Source: Nitrospirota bacterium (lineage in GTDB: Bacteria; Nitrospirota; UBA9217). Taken from it: 64,000 nt of DNA. Location: NCBI GenBank assembly GCA_963790205.1, contig CAWBNQ010000001.1:448001-512000 (forward strand). The letters run 5' to 3'. Below are positions 1-9,905 of this stretch, one piece after another. The translations under genes and the position numbers were made by a program. The first letter of the stretch is position 1, and every line of letters begins with the position of its first letter. The notes under the pieces were generated by a model. It did not search any database. It was given only the letters and a program-made list of their open reading frames with translations, and was not told the origin of the DNA.

Positions 1-1
1 G

Positions 2-676
2 CGGAGGGTTCAGCGCGTGAGAAGGGCGGTCAACTCCCCCGGGGACGCGATGAAGGACTCGCTCATCATCATGGAACTCTCGAAGCGGATGGGCTACGAA
101 ATGTCCTATCCGCATACCGTCGAGATCTTCCGCGAGATCGGACAGGCCTGGCCCGCGATGGCGGGGATGAGCTATGCCAGGCTCGAGGACGGCGGCCTCC
201 AGTGGCCCTGTCCCACGCCGGAACATCCGGGAACGCAGTTCCTGTTCAAGGGCGGATTCCCGCGCGGCAAGGGCAGGCTTACGCTCGTGAAATACAAACA
301 GTCGGTTGAGCTTACTGACAAGGACTATCCGTTCATCTTGACCACGGGGCGGCAGTTGTTCCAGTACCACACCGGCGGCATGACGCGCCGGGTAAAGCCG
401 ATCAACACGGTCTCGCCGGAGTCCTACGTCGAGATCAACCCAGATGATGCCCGGTCCCTTTCAATCAAGGGCGGATCGAACGTGAAGGTGAGCTCGCGCA
501 GGGGTTCCATTACCGTGAAGGCGTTGGTGTCGAAGAGGCCGGCAAAAGGCGTCGTGTTCATACCCTTCCACTTCAAGGAAGCGGCGGCCAATGTGCTTAC
601 GAGCAGCAGCTCCCTCGATCCCATAGCCAAGATCCCGTCGTTCAAGGTCTCGGCGGTGAGGATCGAAAAGGCGTAA
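2..676 (+). CDS. fdhA: Formate dehydrogenase alpha (molybdopterin) subunit, C-terminal part; 5' end lies outside the window
   Basis: Frame is open from position 2 (RRVQRVRRAV). Motifs GLQWPCP, LTTGR..YHTG.MTRR, VEINPDDA and VFIPFHF match the molybdopterin dinucleotide-binding domain. Lies next to fhs. Confidence 0.85.
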   Translation, partial: RRVQRVRRAVNSPGDAMKDSLIIMELSKRMGYEMSYPHTVEIFREIGQAWPAMAGMSYARLEDGGLQWPCPTPEHPGTQFLFKGGFPRGKGRLTLVKYKQSVELTDKDYPFILTTGRQLFQYHTGGMTRRVKPINTVSPESYVEINPDDARSLSIKGGSNVKVSSRRGSITVKALVSKRPAKGVVFIPFHFKEAAANVLTSSSSLDPIAKIPSFKVSAVRIEKA

Positions 677-691
677 TCCTCAAATAGGGAT

Positions 692-763
692 TAACCACAG
701 AGAACGCAGAGGGGCGTCTTGTCCTTAATCCTTGTGCAGCTTACTCTGTGACCTCTGTGGTTA
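692..763. repeat. Nonamer-based imperfect inverted repeat (AACCACAGAG...CTCTGTGGTT), REP-like hairpin
   Basis: aaccacagagaacgcagag ... ctctgtgacctctgtggtt; related units occur at ~45081, ~57094-57246 and ~61371-61527. Confidence 0.6.
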
Positions 764-797
764 GAAGGTTTAACAGTTTTTCAACGAGGAGGAAACA

Positions 798-1256
798 ATG
801 GCCGACAAATCGGAACTCAAGAAACAGATACTCTTCAGCGATCTGACCGACGCCGAGCTCGGCATGATGGCGCAGAAGATCGTCGTCGAGAACTACGCAA
901 AAGGGACGGCCATATTCAAAGCAGGCGAGCCCACGAAAGGCATCTACCTGGTGAAGACCGGGAAGGTGGAGATCTCGATGACCACCGCCGACGGGTGGAA
1001 GCAGACCCTTGCCATCCTCCTGGAAAACCATATTTTCGGCGAGCTCGCCGTTATCGAAGACAAGCAGACCCACGGCGCAGACGCCACGGCCATCGAGGCC
1101 ACGGAAGTCTACCGCATCAAGGCCGACGACTTCAAAGCACTCGAAAAAAGCGATACGAACATGATGTATAAGATCATGAAGACCATGGCCCGCATTGCGA
1201 GCAGGAACGTGCACTCCATGAACGAGAAGCTCATGAAGCTCCTGATCAGCTATTAA
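798..1256 (+). CDS. Cyclic nucleotide-binding (Crp/Fnr-type) domain protein lacking the C-terminal HTH
   Basis: IFKAGEP..GIYLVKTGKVEI and IFGELAVI match the cNMP-binding fold; only 152 aa; RBS GAGGAGG. Confidence 0.85.
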   Translation: MADKSELKKQILFSDLTDAELGMMAQKIVVENYAKGTAIFKAGEPTKGIYLVKTGKVEISMTTADGWKQTLAILLENHIFGELAVIEDKQTHGADATAIEATEVYRIKADDFKALEKSDTNMMYKIMKTMARIASRNVHSMNEKLMKLLISY

Positions 1257-1315
1257 ATAACCGTTCAAGCGGTTCAAACGGCTTAAACTAAAATTTTCTA
1301 CAAGGGAGGTTAAGA

Positions 1316-3079
1316 ATGGCACTGGATCCTACGAAGCACGCGGATTGGGAAATCGCGGAAGATTCTGAGAAGCACATGAGGCCTATCACCGAGATCGCGA
1401 AAAAGATGGGGCTCAACGATGACGAGCTGCTCCTGCACGGCCATCATATTGCAAAGATCGATTTCAAGAAAGTGCTCAAGCGTTTTGAGGGAAAGCCGGA
1501 CGGCAAGTACATAGACGTCACGGCCATTACGCCCACGCCGCTCGGCGAAGGCAAGTCCACCTCGACCATTGGGCTCACCCAGGGCCTCGGCAAGCGCGGC
1601 AAGAACGTGATCGCCGCGATCCGCCAGCCCTCGGGCGGCCCTACCATGAACATCAAGGGCTCGGCGGCCGGCGGCGGTCTTTCGCAGGTCATCCCGCTCA
1701 CGCCGTTCTCGCTGGGCCTGACCGGCGACATCAATGCCATCATGAACGCGCACAACCTTGCGATGGTGGCCTTGACCTCCCGGATGCAGCATGAGTTCAA
1801 CTACAATGACGAGCAGCTTTCCAAGAGAAAATTAAAGCGGCTGAATATCGATCCGCACAACGTGGAAATGAAGTGGATCATGGATTTTTGCGCCCAGTCG
1901 CTCCGCGAGATCACGATCGGCATGGGCGGCAAGTCGAACGGCTTTATGATGAAGTCCGGTTTTGCCATTGCCGTGTCTTCCGAGGTCATGGCCATCCTGG
2001 CAGTTGCCAAGGACCTTAAGGACATGCGGGAGCGTATGGGCAGGATCGTGGTTGCCTACAGCAAGGACGGCACGCCGGTCACCACGGCGGACCTCGGAGT
2101 GGACGGAGCCATGACCGCGTGGATGGTCGAGGCCCTCAATCCGAATCTGCTCCAGACCATCGAAGGCCAGCCCGTGTTCGTGCACGCAGGGCCCTTCGCA
2201 AATATCGCTATCGGCCAGTCCTCCATTATCGCAGACCGCGTGGGCCTGAAACTCGGCGACTATGTCGTGACCGAGTCGGGCTTTGCCGCGGACATCGGCT
2301 TCGAGAAATTTTGGAACCTCAAGTGCCGCATGTCCGGCCTCAAGCCGCATGCAGCCGTGGTCGTTGCAACGATCCGTGCGCTCAAGTGCCACGGCGGCGC
2401 GCCGATCCCGGTGCCGGGCAAGCCCATGCCTGCCGAATACAAGGGAGAAAACGTCGGCTGGGTCGAGAAGGGCTGCGATAACCTTATCCACCACATCAAG
2501 ACCGTGAAAAAGGCCGGCATCAACCCCGTGGTCTGCATCAATGCCTTCTACACCGACACGGACAATGAGATCAAGGCTGTTCGGAGGCTCGCCGAGGCGG
2601 CGGGCGCGCGCGTGGCCCTGTCCCGTCACTGGGAAAAGGGAGGCGATGGCGCTCTGGAATTCGCCGATGCGGTCATTGACGCGTGCAACGAGAAAAACGA
2701 CTTCAAGTTCCTCTACGAGCTTAGCACGCCGCTCCGTCAGCGCATCGACCTGATTGCGAAGGAGGTTTACGGCGCGGACGGTGTCGATTATACGCCCGAG
2801 GCGGAGGCCAAGGCCAAGAAGATGGAGGCGGACCCCGATCTCGCCAAGATGGGCGTCTGCATGGTGAAGACGCACCTCTCGCTCACGGACAACCCGACCA
2901 TCAAGGGAGTTCCCAGGGGCTGGAGGCTCCGCATTCGCGATATCCTGACCTACAAGGGCGCGGGCTTCGTGGTTCCCGTTGCCGGCACGATTACACTTAT
3001 GCCCGGCACATCTTCCGATCCGGCATATCGTCGTGTGGACGTGGATGTGGAGACCGGGAAGGTAAAGGGCGTGTTCTAG
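1316..3079 (+). CDS. fhs: Formate--tetrahydrofolate ligase
   Basis: Motifs [23 protein letters not shown] and [15 protein letters not shown]; 587 aa. Confidence 0.97.
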   Translation: MALDPTKHADWEIAEDSEKHMRPITEIAKKMGLNDDELLLHGHHIAKIDFKKVLKRFEGKPDGKYIDVTAITPTPLGEGKSTSTIGLTQGLGKRGKNVIAAIRQPSGGPTMNIKGSAAGGGLSQVIPLTPFSLGLTGDINAIMNAHNLAMVALTSRMQHEFNYNDEQLSKRKLKRLNIDPHNVEMKWIMDFCAQSLREITIGMGGKSNGFMMKSGFAIAVSSEVMAILAVAKDLKDMRERMGRIVVAYSKDGTPVTTADLGVDGAMTAWMVEALNPNLLQTIEGQPVFVHAGPFANIAIGQSSIIADRVGLKLGDYVVTESGFAADIGFEKFWNLKCRMSGLKPHAAVVVATIRALKCHGGAPIPVPGKPMPAEYKGENVGWVEKGCDNLIHHIKTVKKAGINPVVCINAFYTDTDNEIKAVRRLAEAAGARVALSRHWEKGGDGALEFADAVIDACNEKNDFKFLYELSTPLRQRIDLIAKEVYGADGVDYTPEAEAKAKKMEADPDLAKMGVCMVKTHLSLTDNPTIKGVPRGWRLRIRDILTYKGAGFVVPVAGTITLMPGTSSDPAYRRVDVDVETGKVKGVF

Positions 3080-3102
3080 AGAAAATTCAAGATTCAAAAT
3101 TC

Positions 3103-3138
3103 AAAAGCCCGTTCCGGCATGTCCGGAATGGGCTTTTT
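3103..3138 (+). terminator. Intrinsic terminator between fhs and tatA, probably bidirectional
   Basis: aaaagcccgttccgg-catgt-ccggaatgggcttttt hairpin with A/T tails. Confidence 0.8.
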
Positions 3139-3179
3139 AGTGAGTATTACCGGCGGAACCATTCTAATAAAAAGTGCCC

Positions 3180-3380
3180 CTATGAGCTCTTTTTCCCGTC
3201 GTCTTGCGAACCGGACTTGGTCATTTCTTTCGGCTCATCCTTATCGTTCAGTGCTTTCTTAAATGCTTTTATACTTTTTCCCAGTCCCGCCCCAAGTTCA
3301 GGCAGCTTGCCCGGACCAAAGATGATCAGTACGATCACTAAAATAATGATCAAATGCATCGGCTGAAAAAGGCCTTCCAT
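3180..3380 (-). CDS. tatA: Twin-arginine translocase TatA/TatE subunit
   Basis: N-terminal TM helix followed by [30 protein letters not shown]. Confidence 0.92.
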   Translation of the reverse strand: MEGLFQPMHLIIILVIVLIIFGPGKLPELGAGLGKSIKAFKKALNDKDEPKEMTKSGSQDDGKKSS

Positions 3381-3720
3381 GGAATATCCTCCTTGTGTGT
3401 TTCATTGCTTGAGCATGTGCCAGAAGCGTAACCGTATCATGGAACAGCATCGACGTTTGTCACCCGGTTTACGTGACCTTCGATGCTTCCCTTCCCCATC
3501 CCATCAGGATATGCCGGAAAAGCGTCCATTTCAAATCATGGTTCAAACACTGTCTTGTTACACTGTTATCTGTATTCAGAATGACCGCTATCAACATCAT
3601 GTTTCGCATCCTTCAAATAAGGCTTCGAAGAGTCTTGTAATTAAAAGTATCTCCCTTTTTTCATTCCCCATGGCCTCGTCTCGCAGAAAACTCATCCCAT
3701 GGCAGGCAAAGCAAAGTATC

Positions 3721-4647
3721 TTATTTCAGTATCGAAGAGCCGCCAACGCCAATAAGAAAAAACATCTGCCGCTCCCGGTTTCGGTCTTCCAGATTGTACC
3801 CGATCTCTGCAAAGAAATGACTCTCGTCGAAAAACCAGTTCTTATGGCTCTGTTCCGAATAAAAAAGAACTCCTATCTGCTGCCTCGTCAGGTCGGCCGC
3901 CTCAGCGTGCACGAGTTCGTAATAGGGACCGAGGAATATGCTGCCATTGCCGGGTCCGCCGCTGATCTCTTTCAGCACCTGCGTGCGGTTCGCGTAGAGA
4001 TGGTCGCCGTTTCTGAGCAGGGTATCGTATTCCTGTTCAAGAAAGAAGGGTCCCATGCCCGGGAACCGGTATCGTGCGATGTCCGATTGATTGCGGAGAA
4101 CAATATCACCGATCTTCAGCTGGACCGTGGGCTGGAACAATATCCGACTGCCGAAGCCTGATTCTTCAGTTCCCCTCCGCGCCCTGAGTTCTTGATTGCC
4201 GAAGGGATCCTTGCCCGACGAAAAGGACAGCAGTCCGCCGTTTCTTCCGAAATAATAATAGCCGTCGCATTGCAGCCGGGCGACAAGAAAAAGGGCGGGC
4301 ATCCATTCGAACGCGATCGACGGCTGCGTATAAGCGGGGTTGACGTCAATGCCCGCCCCCGTTTGCCAGTAGGAGCTTACTGTGTCATAGTGATCATCGT
4401 AGCGATACGAATCCTTATACTCAAAACCTCCGGATGCGTCAGCTCCCAGCGGATTGTAGGTCCCGATTAAATCTGCATATGCCGACCACTCTTTGCCCAG
4501 TTTCTCCTTGGTCTCCGGTGCTTTTTCCTGAAGGTTCTGGTCGGATGACTTCGACGCTTCGTCGGCCAATGCTTCAGGCAAAAAGAACAGATGAAAAAAA
4601 ACCAACAGCATGAGCAGGCCGGATGCGAACGCTGCCGGCCTCCTCAT
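3721..4647 (-). CDS. Secreted hypothetical protein, possibly an outer-membrane beta-strand protein
   Basis: Start moved to MRRPAAFASG, giving a signal peptide ending in ALA. Aromatic-rich alternating strands. Last gene of the biosynthetic operon. Confidence 0.6.
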   Translation of the reverse strand: MRRPAAFASGLLMLLVFFHLFFLPEALADEASKSSDQNLQEKAPETKEKLGKEWSAYADLIGTYNPLGADASGGFEYKDSYRYDDHYDTVSSYWQTGAGIDVNPAYTQPSIAFEWMPALFLVARLQCDGYYYFGRNGGLLSFSSGKDPFGNQELRARRGTEESGFGSRILFQPTVQLKIGDIVLRNQSDIARYRFPGMGPFFLEQEYDTLLRNGDHLYANRTQVLKEISGGPGNGSIFLGPYYELVHAEAADLTRQQIGVLFYSEQSHKNWFFDESHFFAEIGYNLEDRNRERQMFFLIGVGGSSILK

Positions 4648-4730
4648 GCTGTATTTTTCCCGTGACGCATAAGAATGTCGGTATCGTTTGCAGCGGGATA
4701 CCCGTGTCAGCTCTGGAGCGCCGGTGCCGA

Positions 4731-5549
4731 TCACGGCCTTACGGAATGGCTTGGCCCGCAGGCCCGATCTTTGAAGAAATGAATGATCTCATCTGCAGCC
4801 ACGCTGCGCTGGTTGTCGATCGGGACCATATGGTAACAGTCGTCGAGCAAGAGCATGTGGACGTCCTTGCTTTTGATATGCTTCTGCACATACAAAGCGT
4901 TCTTTGCACTCGCAAGGTCGTCCTCCTTCGAATGGACGATGAGCGTCGGCGCCGTCACCCTGGCAATGACCTTTTTCTTCATGACACCGATAAGCCGGTA
5001 AAGCTCTCGCATGCTGACACCGGGAACGCTTTCGTGGGCAATCGAGCTGTCCCGCATGCCTTCGACGATCCGGACCCGGAGTGCTTCGTTCTTGATGCCG
5101 TAGGGTTCCCGTTCTTTGAAGGAGTAGACATGGCAGGCGGGAGCAACGTAAGCCAGCGGCAGCAGGAATTTATACCAGGGAAGTCCCCAGCCGTCATAAA
5201 ACAAGGTGGTCGAAATAAGCGAAACAGCGTTTACCTCTTCTTCAAGATCAGCGGACAATTTAAGCGCCAAAAGCGCGCCCATGCACAGTCCGGCAACGGA
5301 AACGGTCTCATGGGTGCGCTTCAGTTCCTTGAACGAGTCGTACACAGTCCCGTACCAGTCCTGCCACCGGGTCTTCTTCAGGTCCGCGAGCGTCGAACCG
5401 TGGCCCGCGAGACAGGGCCCCATTACGGTGAAGCCGGCGCCGTTCAGTTGCCTGGCCAGATATTTCATCTCATAAGGGCTTCCGGTCAGACCGTGGATCA
5501 GGAGAACGGCATGGTCTCCGCCGCTCATGTCTATTTTATGATCATTCAT
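4731..5549 (-). CDS. Alpha/beta hydrolase (carboxylesterase/monoacylglycerol lipase-like) with a Cys nucleophile elbow (GLCMG)
   Basis: LLIHGLTGSP oxyanion motif, GLCMG, Asp in EDDLAS, His in CYHMV; start overlaps the ketosynthase stop. Confidence 0.88.
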   Translation of the reverse strand: MNDHKIDMSGGDHAVLLIHGLTGSPYEMKYLARQLNGAGFTVMGPCLAGHGSTLADLKKTRWQDWYGTVYDSFKELKRTHETVSVAGLCMGALLALKLSADLEEEVNAVSLISTTLFYDGWGLPWYKFLLPLAYVAPACHVYSFKEREPYGIKNEALRVRIVEGMRDSSIAHESVPGVSMRELYRLIGVMKKKVIARVTAPTLIVHSKEDDLASAKNALYVQKHIKSKDVHMLLLDDCYHMVPIDNQRSVAADEIIHFFKDRACGPSHSVRP

Positions 5550-6771
5550 ATTTCCTCACGATAAGCACGGCGTTTGTTCCTCCGAAGGCGAATGAATTCG
5601 ACATGACGGTTTTAAGATCCAATCCGGTCCTGGCCTTCACCGGCACGTAGTCGAGATCGCACTCCGGGTCCGGTACGGTCAGGGTTGATGTGGGCGGCGC
5701 TGTCTGATGTTTAAGCGCGAGGACCGCTGCAACGAGCTCTATCGCTCCGGCCGCGCCCAGGAGATGGCCGTGCATCGATTTTGTGGAGCTGACGGGGATA
5801 TCGTAGGCCCGCCTGCCGAACACCTTTTTGATCGCCTGGGTCTCGGCCAGGTCATTGGCGACCGTAGCCGTACCATGGGCATTGATGTAATCAATATCCC
5901 CGGGGCTGATGCGTGCTTCTTCCAGCGCTGCCTCGATCGCATATGCCTGACCCTCCACGGAGGGCTTGGTAATATGGCTGGCGTCCGCTGTCGAGCCGTA
6001 GCCGATCATCTCGCCGTAAATGCGGGCGCCGCGGTGCAGCGCCCGTTCAAGGGTCTCCAGCACTATGACTGCGGCCCCTTCGCCCAAAACGAAACCGGTC
6101 CGGTCCTTTGAAAAGGGCCTGCAGGAGGTCGACAGGTCGTCCGCTTCCAGCGCCAGGGTCCCGATCGAGTCCCAGCTCATCATAACCCCGAAGGTGAGGA
6201 GCGATTCCGTCCCACCGGCAAGCATGACATCGGCATATCCATGCTTGATCTGACGAAAGGCCTCGCCGATAGCCACCGCAGAGGATGAACAGGCGGTGGA
6301 GAACGTCAGGCAGGGGCCCTTCATTCCGTGCTCGATCGAAAGGCAGGAGGCGGCCGCATTGTTCATCACCATGACAACCGTGAGCGGATGGACCCGCCTG
6401 GCGTTCTGCAGCAGGACCTCTGTATAGGAGTCATCAAGGGTCCGCGCGCCCCCCATGCCGGTCCCCAGATACACCCCGCACCTTCTTGTCTCCTCAGCCG
6501 TGAGCTGCAGGCCTGCGTCCTTGACCGCCTGGGCGCCGGCAACCAGGGCAAACTGGCTCACCCTGTCCAGCGTCCGCGCAATTTTTTTGGGAAAGTGCTC
6601 TTCGGCCTTGAAGTCCGCTTCGGCGGCGATCCTGATCGACAACCGCTTGTCGAAATCCTGCGATAATCTCCTGATCCCCGATTTTCCCGCCGCCAGGCTG
6701 CTGAAAAAATCTTCACACGTATTTCCCACGGGCGAGACGACGCCCATGCCGGTAATGACCACTCGCCTCAT
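5542..6771 (-). CDS. fabF: Beta-ketoacyl-ACP synthase II-like ketosynthase
   Basis: RRVVITGMG N-terminus; Cys-His-His triad in TACSSS, AHGTAT and GHLLGAAG; SNSFAFGG. Confidence 0.93.
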   Translation of the reverse strand: MRRVVITGMGVVSPVGNTCEDFFSSLAAGKSGIRRLSQDFDKRLSIRIAAEADFKAEEHFPKKIARTLDRVSQFALVAGAQAVKDAGLQLTAEETRRCGVYLGTGMGGARTLDDSYTEVLLQNARRVHPLTVVMVMNNAAASCLSIEHGMKGPCLTFSTACSSSAVAIGEAFRQIKHGYADVMLAGGTESLLTFGVMMSWDSIGTLALEADDLSTSCRPFSKDRTGFVLGEGAAVIVLETLERALHRGARIYGEMIGYGSTADASHITKPSVEGQAYAIEAALEEARISPGDIDYINAHGTATVANDLAETQAIKKVFGRRAYDIPVSSTKSMHGHLLGAAGAIELVAAVLALKHQTAPPTSTLTVPDPECDLDYVPVKARTGLDLKTVMSNSFAFGGTNAVLIVRKYE

Positions 6772-6784
6772 GCATACACCCCGG

Positions 6785-7045
6785 TCATACCGCTTTCACA
6801 TGCTGCTCGGCGGCCAATCGATCGATGACATCGATCATGTCTTGAATGGAATTGAGCGTTACTTCGCGGTCGGGGATTTTGATGTCGAACTCCTTTTCGA
6901 GGGCGAACATGAACTCGATCTTATCGAGCGAGTCAAGGCCGAGGCTTTCGATGGTCGCCGCCGGCTGCAGGCGTTCCTCCTCGAAATCAAAGTTTTCGAG
7001 AAACAGTTTTTTAATGCGTTCATAGGTACTCACGGTGTGTTTCAT
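6785..7045 (-). CDS. Acyl carrier protein
   Basis: LGLDSLD phosphopantetheine site; acidic ~86 aa; RBS AAGGAGA before MKHTVST. Confidence 0.92.
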   Translation of the reverse strand: MKHTVSTYERIKKLFLENFDFEEERLQPAATIESLGLDSLDKIEFMFALEKEFDIKIPDREVTLNSIQDMIDVIDRLAAEQHVKAV

Positions 7046-7086
7046 TCTCCTTTTCGTCTGGTTTGTCGGGAAGCCGGTCGTCCCGT

Positions 7087-8484
7087 CTATCCGCCGCATC
7101 GCTTCAGCAACGCTTCAAAAAGTCGTATGAACAAATCGATCTCCGCATCGGTAATGGTCAATGCAGGCGCCAGCGTGAAGACGTTTTTATAATAGCCGCC
7201 CACATCGAGCACCAGACCGTATTTTTTCCCGTCGATCGGGATGTCGCCCTTCATCCCCTCTTGAAATATCATGTCCGTGAGCTTTTTGTCGGGCGTGAAA
7301 CCGTCAGGCTTCGTCATCTCGATCCTTACGGCCAGCCCCAGACCGTCCACATCGCCGATGACGGCATGTTTTTTCTGAAGGTTTTTTAACCGCGATACGA
7401 GGTACTGCCCCTTCTCTGAAACGATCTTCGCAAAATCATTTTTTTTCAAAAGCTCCATGGTTGCAAGCCCGGCCGCAGTGCCCAGGGGATTGCTCGAAAA
7501 CGTCGAATGCGTCGATCCTGGCGGAAACATCTTGGGGGTAATCAGTTCTTCCCGCGCCCAGATCCCGGACAGGGGATTCAGGCCGTTCGTCAGGGACTTG
7601 GCAAAGGCGACGATGTCTGGCCGGGCCCCGAAATGCTCGAAAGCCCATAGTTTCCCGGTCCGGTAAAAGCCCATCTGGATCTCGTCATCAACAAGTAATA
7701 TACCAAATTTCTGCAGCACCGTCGCCAGCCGCATAAAGTATTCAGGAGGAGGAATAATATAACCGCCCGTTGCCTGGACCGGCTCAGCAAAAAAAGCGGC
7801 ATATTCGACGTCATTCTCCTTGGTATCGATCACACCGTAGTACTCTGTCTCAAAAAGCTTCTCGAACTGCCGGACGCACTCGTATCCACAGGTCGCAAGC
7901 TCTTTATCGTAAAAGCACCGGTAACAATAAGGATAGGGAATAAAGGTTGCCCTGCTGCCGAAGTGTCCATACCTTTTCCGGTACCGGAAACTGCTCGTGA
8001 TCTCCGTCGCGGCAAGGGTCCTTCCGTGATAACCGCCCATGAAGGCGAACATGAGAGATTTCCCCTTTTTATAATTTCGGACGAGTTTGATACTGTCCTC
8101 TATCGCCTGCGCTCCGCCGACATTGAAATGCACTCTCCCTTTTGAGCCGAACCTCTTTTCGGTCTCCCGGGCAATGGTTGCAGCCAGAAGGATCTTCTCC
8201 TTGTGGAGGTACTGTGATGCTACCTGGGGAAGCCTGTTCATCTGGCGGTTGTGGGCTTCCTCTATTTCCCTGTTCCGATACCCGAAATTCACGGCCGAGT
8301 ACCACATCTGCACGTCCAGATAGGGAGTCCCCTGCAGATCATACAGCCACGACCCTTCGCATTTATCGAACAAAACGGGGCGGTCGGCATAGTGGACCGT
8401 ATCGCCGTAGGAACAATAACGCTCTTCGAGGTCCAACAGCTCTTGCTCCGAGAGCCGACCGGTTTGAATGTTCTCCATGATCAA
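7087..8484 (-). CDS. Class III PLP-dependent aminotransferase
   Basis: GGYHGRT, AEPVQ, DDEIQMGFYRTG, PLP lysine in FAKSLTNG, HSTFSSNP. Confidence 0.93.
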   Translation of the reverse strand: MIMENIQTGRLSEQELLDLEERYCSYGDTVHYADRPVLFDKCEGSWLYDLQGTPYLDVQMWYSAVNFGYRNREIEEAHNRQMNRLPQVASQYLHKEKILLAATIARETEKRFGSKGRVHFNVGGAQAIEDSIKLVRNYKKGKSLMFAFMGGYHGRTLAATEITSSFRYRKRYGHFGSRATFIPYPYCYRCFYDKELATCGYECVRQFEKLFETEYYGVIDTKENDVEYAAFFAEPVQATGGYIIPPPEYFMRLATVLQKFGILLVDDEIQMGFYRTGKLWAFEHFGARPDIVAFAKSLTNGLNPLSGIWAREELITPKMFPPGSTHSTFSSNPLGTAAGLATMELLKKNDFAKIVSEKGQYLVSRLKNLQKKHAVIGDVDGLGLAVRIEMTKPDGFTPDKKLTDMIFQEGMKGDIPIDGKKYGLVLDVGGYYKNVFTLAPALTITDAEIDLFIRLFEALLKRCGG

Positions 8485-9161
8485 TCCTTTCCTGCTTCAA
8501 CCGACTGCAGCGGAATCGCCCGTATCCTCTTTGTCTGCAGAGATGCCGTTATCTCGCCGAAGTTGTCGAACGGGGTGTGGGGTATGTTGTTCTCGCGGCA
8601 ATAGACGGTGAGCTTTTTCTTGGTGAAGACATGGTGTGATTTGTGGGCCAGACAAAAATCGCTTCGTCCGTCACCGACGAGGATGAGAGAGCGCTCCCTG
8701 CCGAGGTCGGACACGGCCATGCACTTGCAGTTTGCCGAATTGCAGTCCGGCTGGGAATAGGGGAATACGGTTTTCATCGTACCGCCTTCCTCGCGCAATA
8801 TGTTGGCATAAACAGGAACCTGCCCGAGCCCTGCGTTCGCAAGGAGCCTTTCTATGAACACCTGGAATCCGTCGCTGACGATGGCGTAGGGTATGCCCCG
8901 GGCATTCAGGTAGCCGGCGAAGTCCTTGAATGTGCTGTCGATTGAAAAACCGTCGATATAATCCAGGAGCTTTCCGAGCGGCTGATCGATCATGGACATC
9001 TGCCGTTCAAGGCATTCCCTGGAGCCGATGATGCCCTGCTCCCACAACCGCTCCACCTCCTGCCATTCAGGACGCGCAAATGACTGCAGGACCGCGTCTA
9101 TGATGTCTACATCGGTCACCGTCCCGTCAAAATCGATAGCGACAAAATAAGGCCCTTTCAT
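8481..9161 (-). CDS. HAD-IB family phosphatase (MtnX-like)
   Basis: DFDGT motif I, VSDG, CKC and GDGRSD; overlaps the aminotransferase start by 4 nt. Confidence 0.9.
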   Translation of the reverse strand: MKGPYFVAIDFDGTVTDVDIIDAVLQSFARPEWQEVERLWEQGIIGSRECLERQMSMIDQPLGKLLDYIDGFSIDSTFKDFAGYLNARGIPYAIVSDGFQVFIERLLANAGLGQVPVYANILREEGGTMKTVFPYSQPDCNSANCKCMAVSDLGRERSLILVGDGRSDFCLAHKSHHVFTKKKLTVYCRENNIPHTPFDNFGEITASLQTKRIRAIPLQSVEAGKD

Positions 9162-9164
9162 TGA

Positions 9165-9590
9165 TTATTGCTTCCTTTCTTCTCTCCTGCTTTGATCATC
9201 GAAGTTACCTTGCCCTGTGTTGTTTTTTATATTTTTTCTCAGCTCTGATTTCAATTTTTCGATATTGAGGGGCTTGGCGAGGTAATCAATGCCTCCTTGG
9301 CCCATTGCTCTAGCATAGCTTTCCAGGGACGCATGGGCCGTCATGACGATAACAACGGGAAGCTCGGCGAGTTTTTTGAGATCGTGAAACAACTCAAGTC
9401 CATCACCATCGGGCAGCCGCAGATCGAGAAGGATCGCGGCAGGCTGGAAACTCTTCAGGGCCTGCCGGGCGCTTTCAAGACTCCCGGCCACGGATACGGT
9501 AAATTCATCTTCAATTGCGAGCTGCAGGGATTCCGTGAAGTTCCGCTCGTCGTCAACGATCATTACCGTCGGTTTGTCAGGGATGTTCAT
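9165..9590 (-). CDS. Stand-alone response regulator receiver domain protein
   Basis: VDDE, LLDLRLPD phospho-Asp, MTA and KP motifs; no output domain. Confidence 0.88.
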   Translation of the reverse strand: MNIPDKPTVMIVDDERNFTESLQLAIEDEFTVSVAGSLESARQALKSFQPAAILLDLRLPDGDGLELFHDLKKLAELPVVIVMTAHASLESYARAMGQGGIDYLAKPLNIEKLKSELRKNIKNNTGQGNFDDQSRREERKQ

Positions 9591-9690
9591 GTGTACACCG
9601 TGTGAAGTAAGAGAACTATAACTGCGATTAAACCCAGATCGCAGCGAATGTTTTCTCACAATTTTTTATAATAGCAAAATGTACGTATTA

Positions 9691-9707
9691 ATGCAAGTTA
9701 AATGCCT
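9691..9707 (-). promoter_or_regulatory. Sigma-54 (-24/-12) promoter of the biosynthetic operon
   Basis: Minus strand reads AGGCATTTAACTTGCAT (GG-N10-GC), ~100 bp upstream of the receiver gene and downstream of an NtrC-type activator gene. Confidence 0.75.
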
Positions 9708-9905
9708 ATTTTAACATACTGTTATTTCAATCTACTGCGTGAGCCATCGCTGGACATGCGCAAAAATTGTATACGAGGATTGCAGGGCGAGACTTATGTC
9801 TCGGTCGAACGCGAACTGACTTTTAAAGAAGGTTGGAATTGGATTGCGTACGCAGCAGGTCCATGGGATATTACGGGTGCTACCGGCAGTTGGATCTCGG
9901 GGAAA

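Noticed and set aside
3403..3424. Sigma-54 promoter upstream of tatA (TGGCACATGCTCAAGC)
   Set aside because: GG-GC spacing is 11 nt rather than the required 10.
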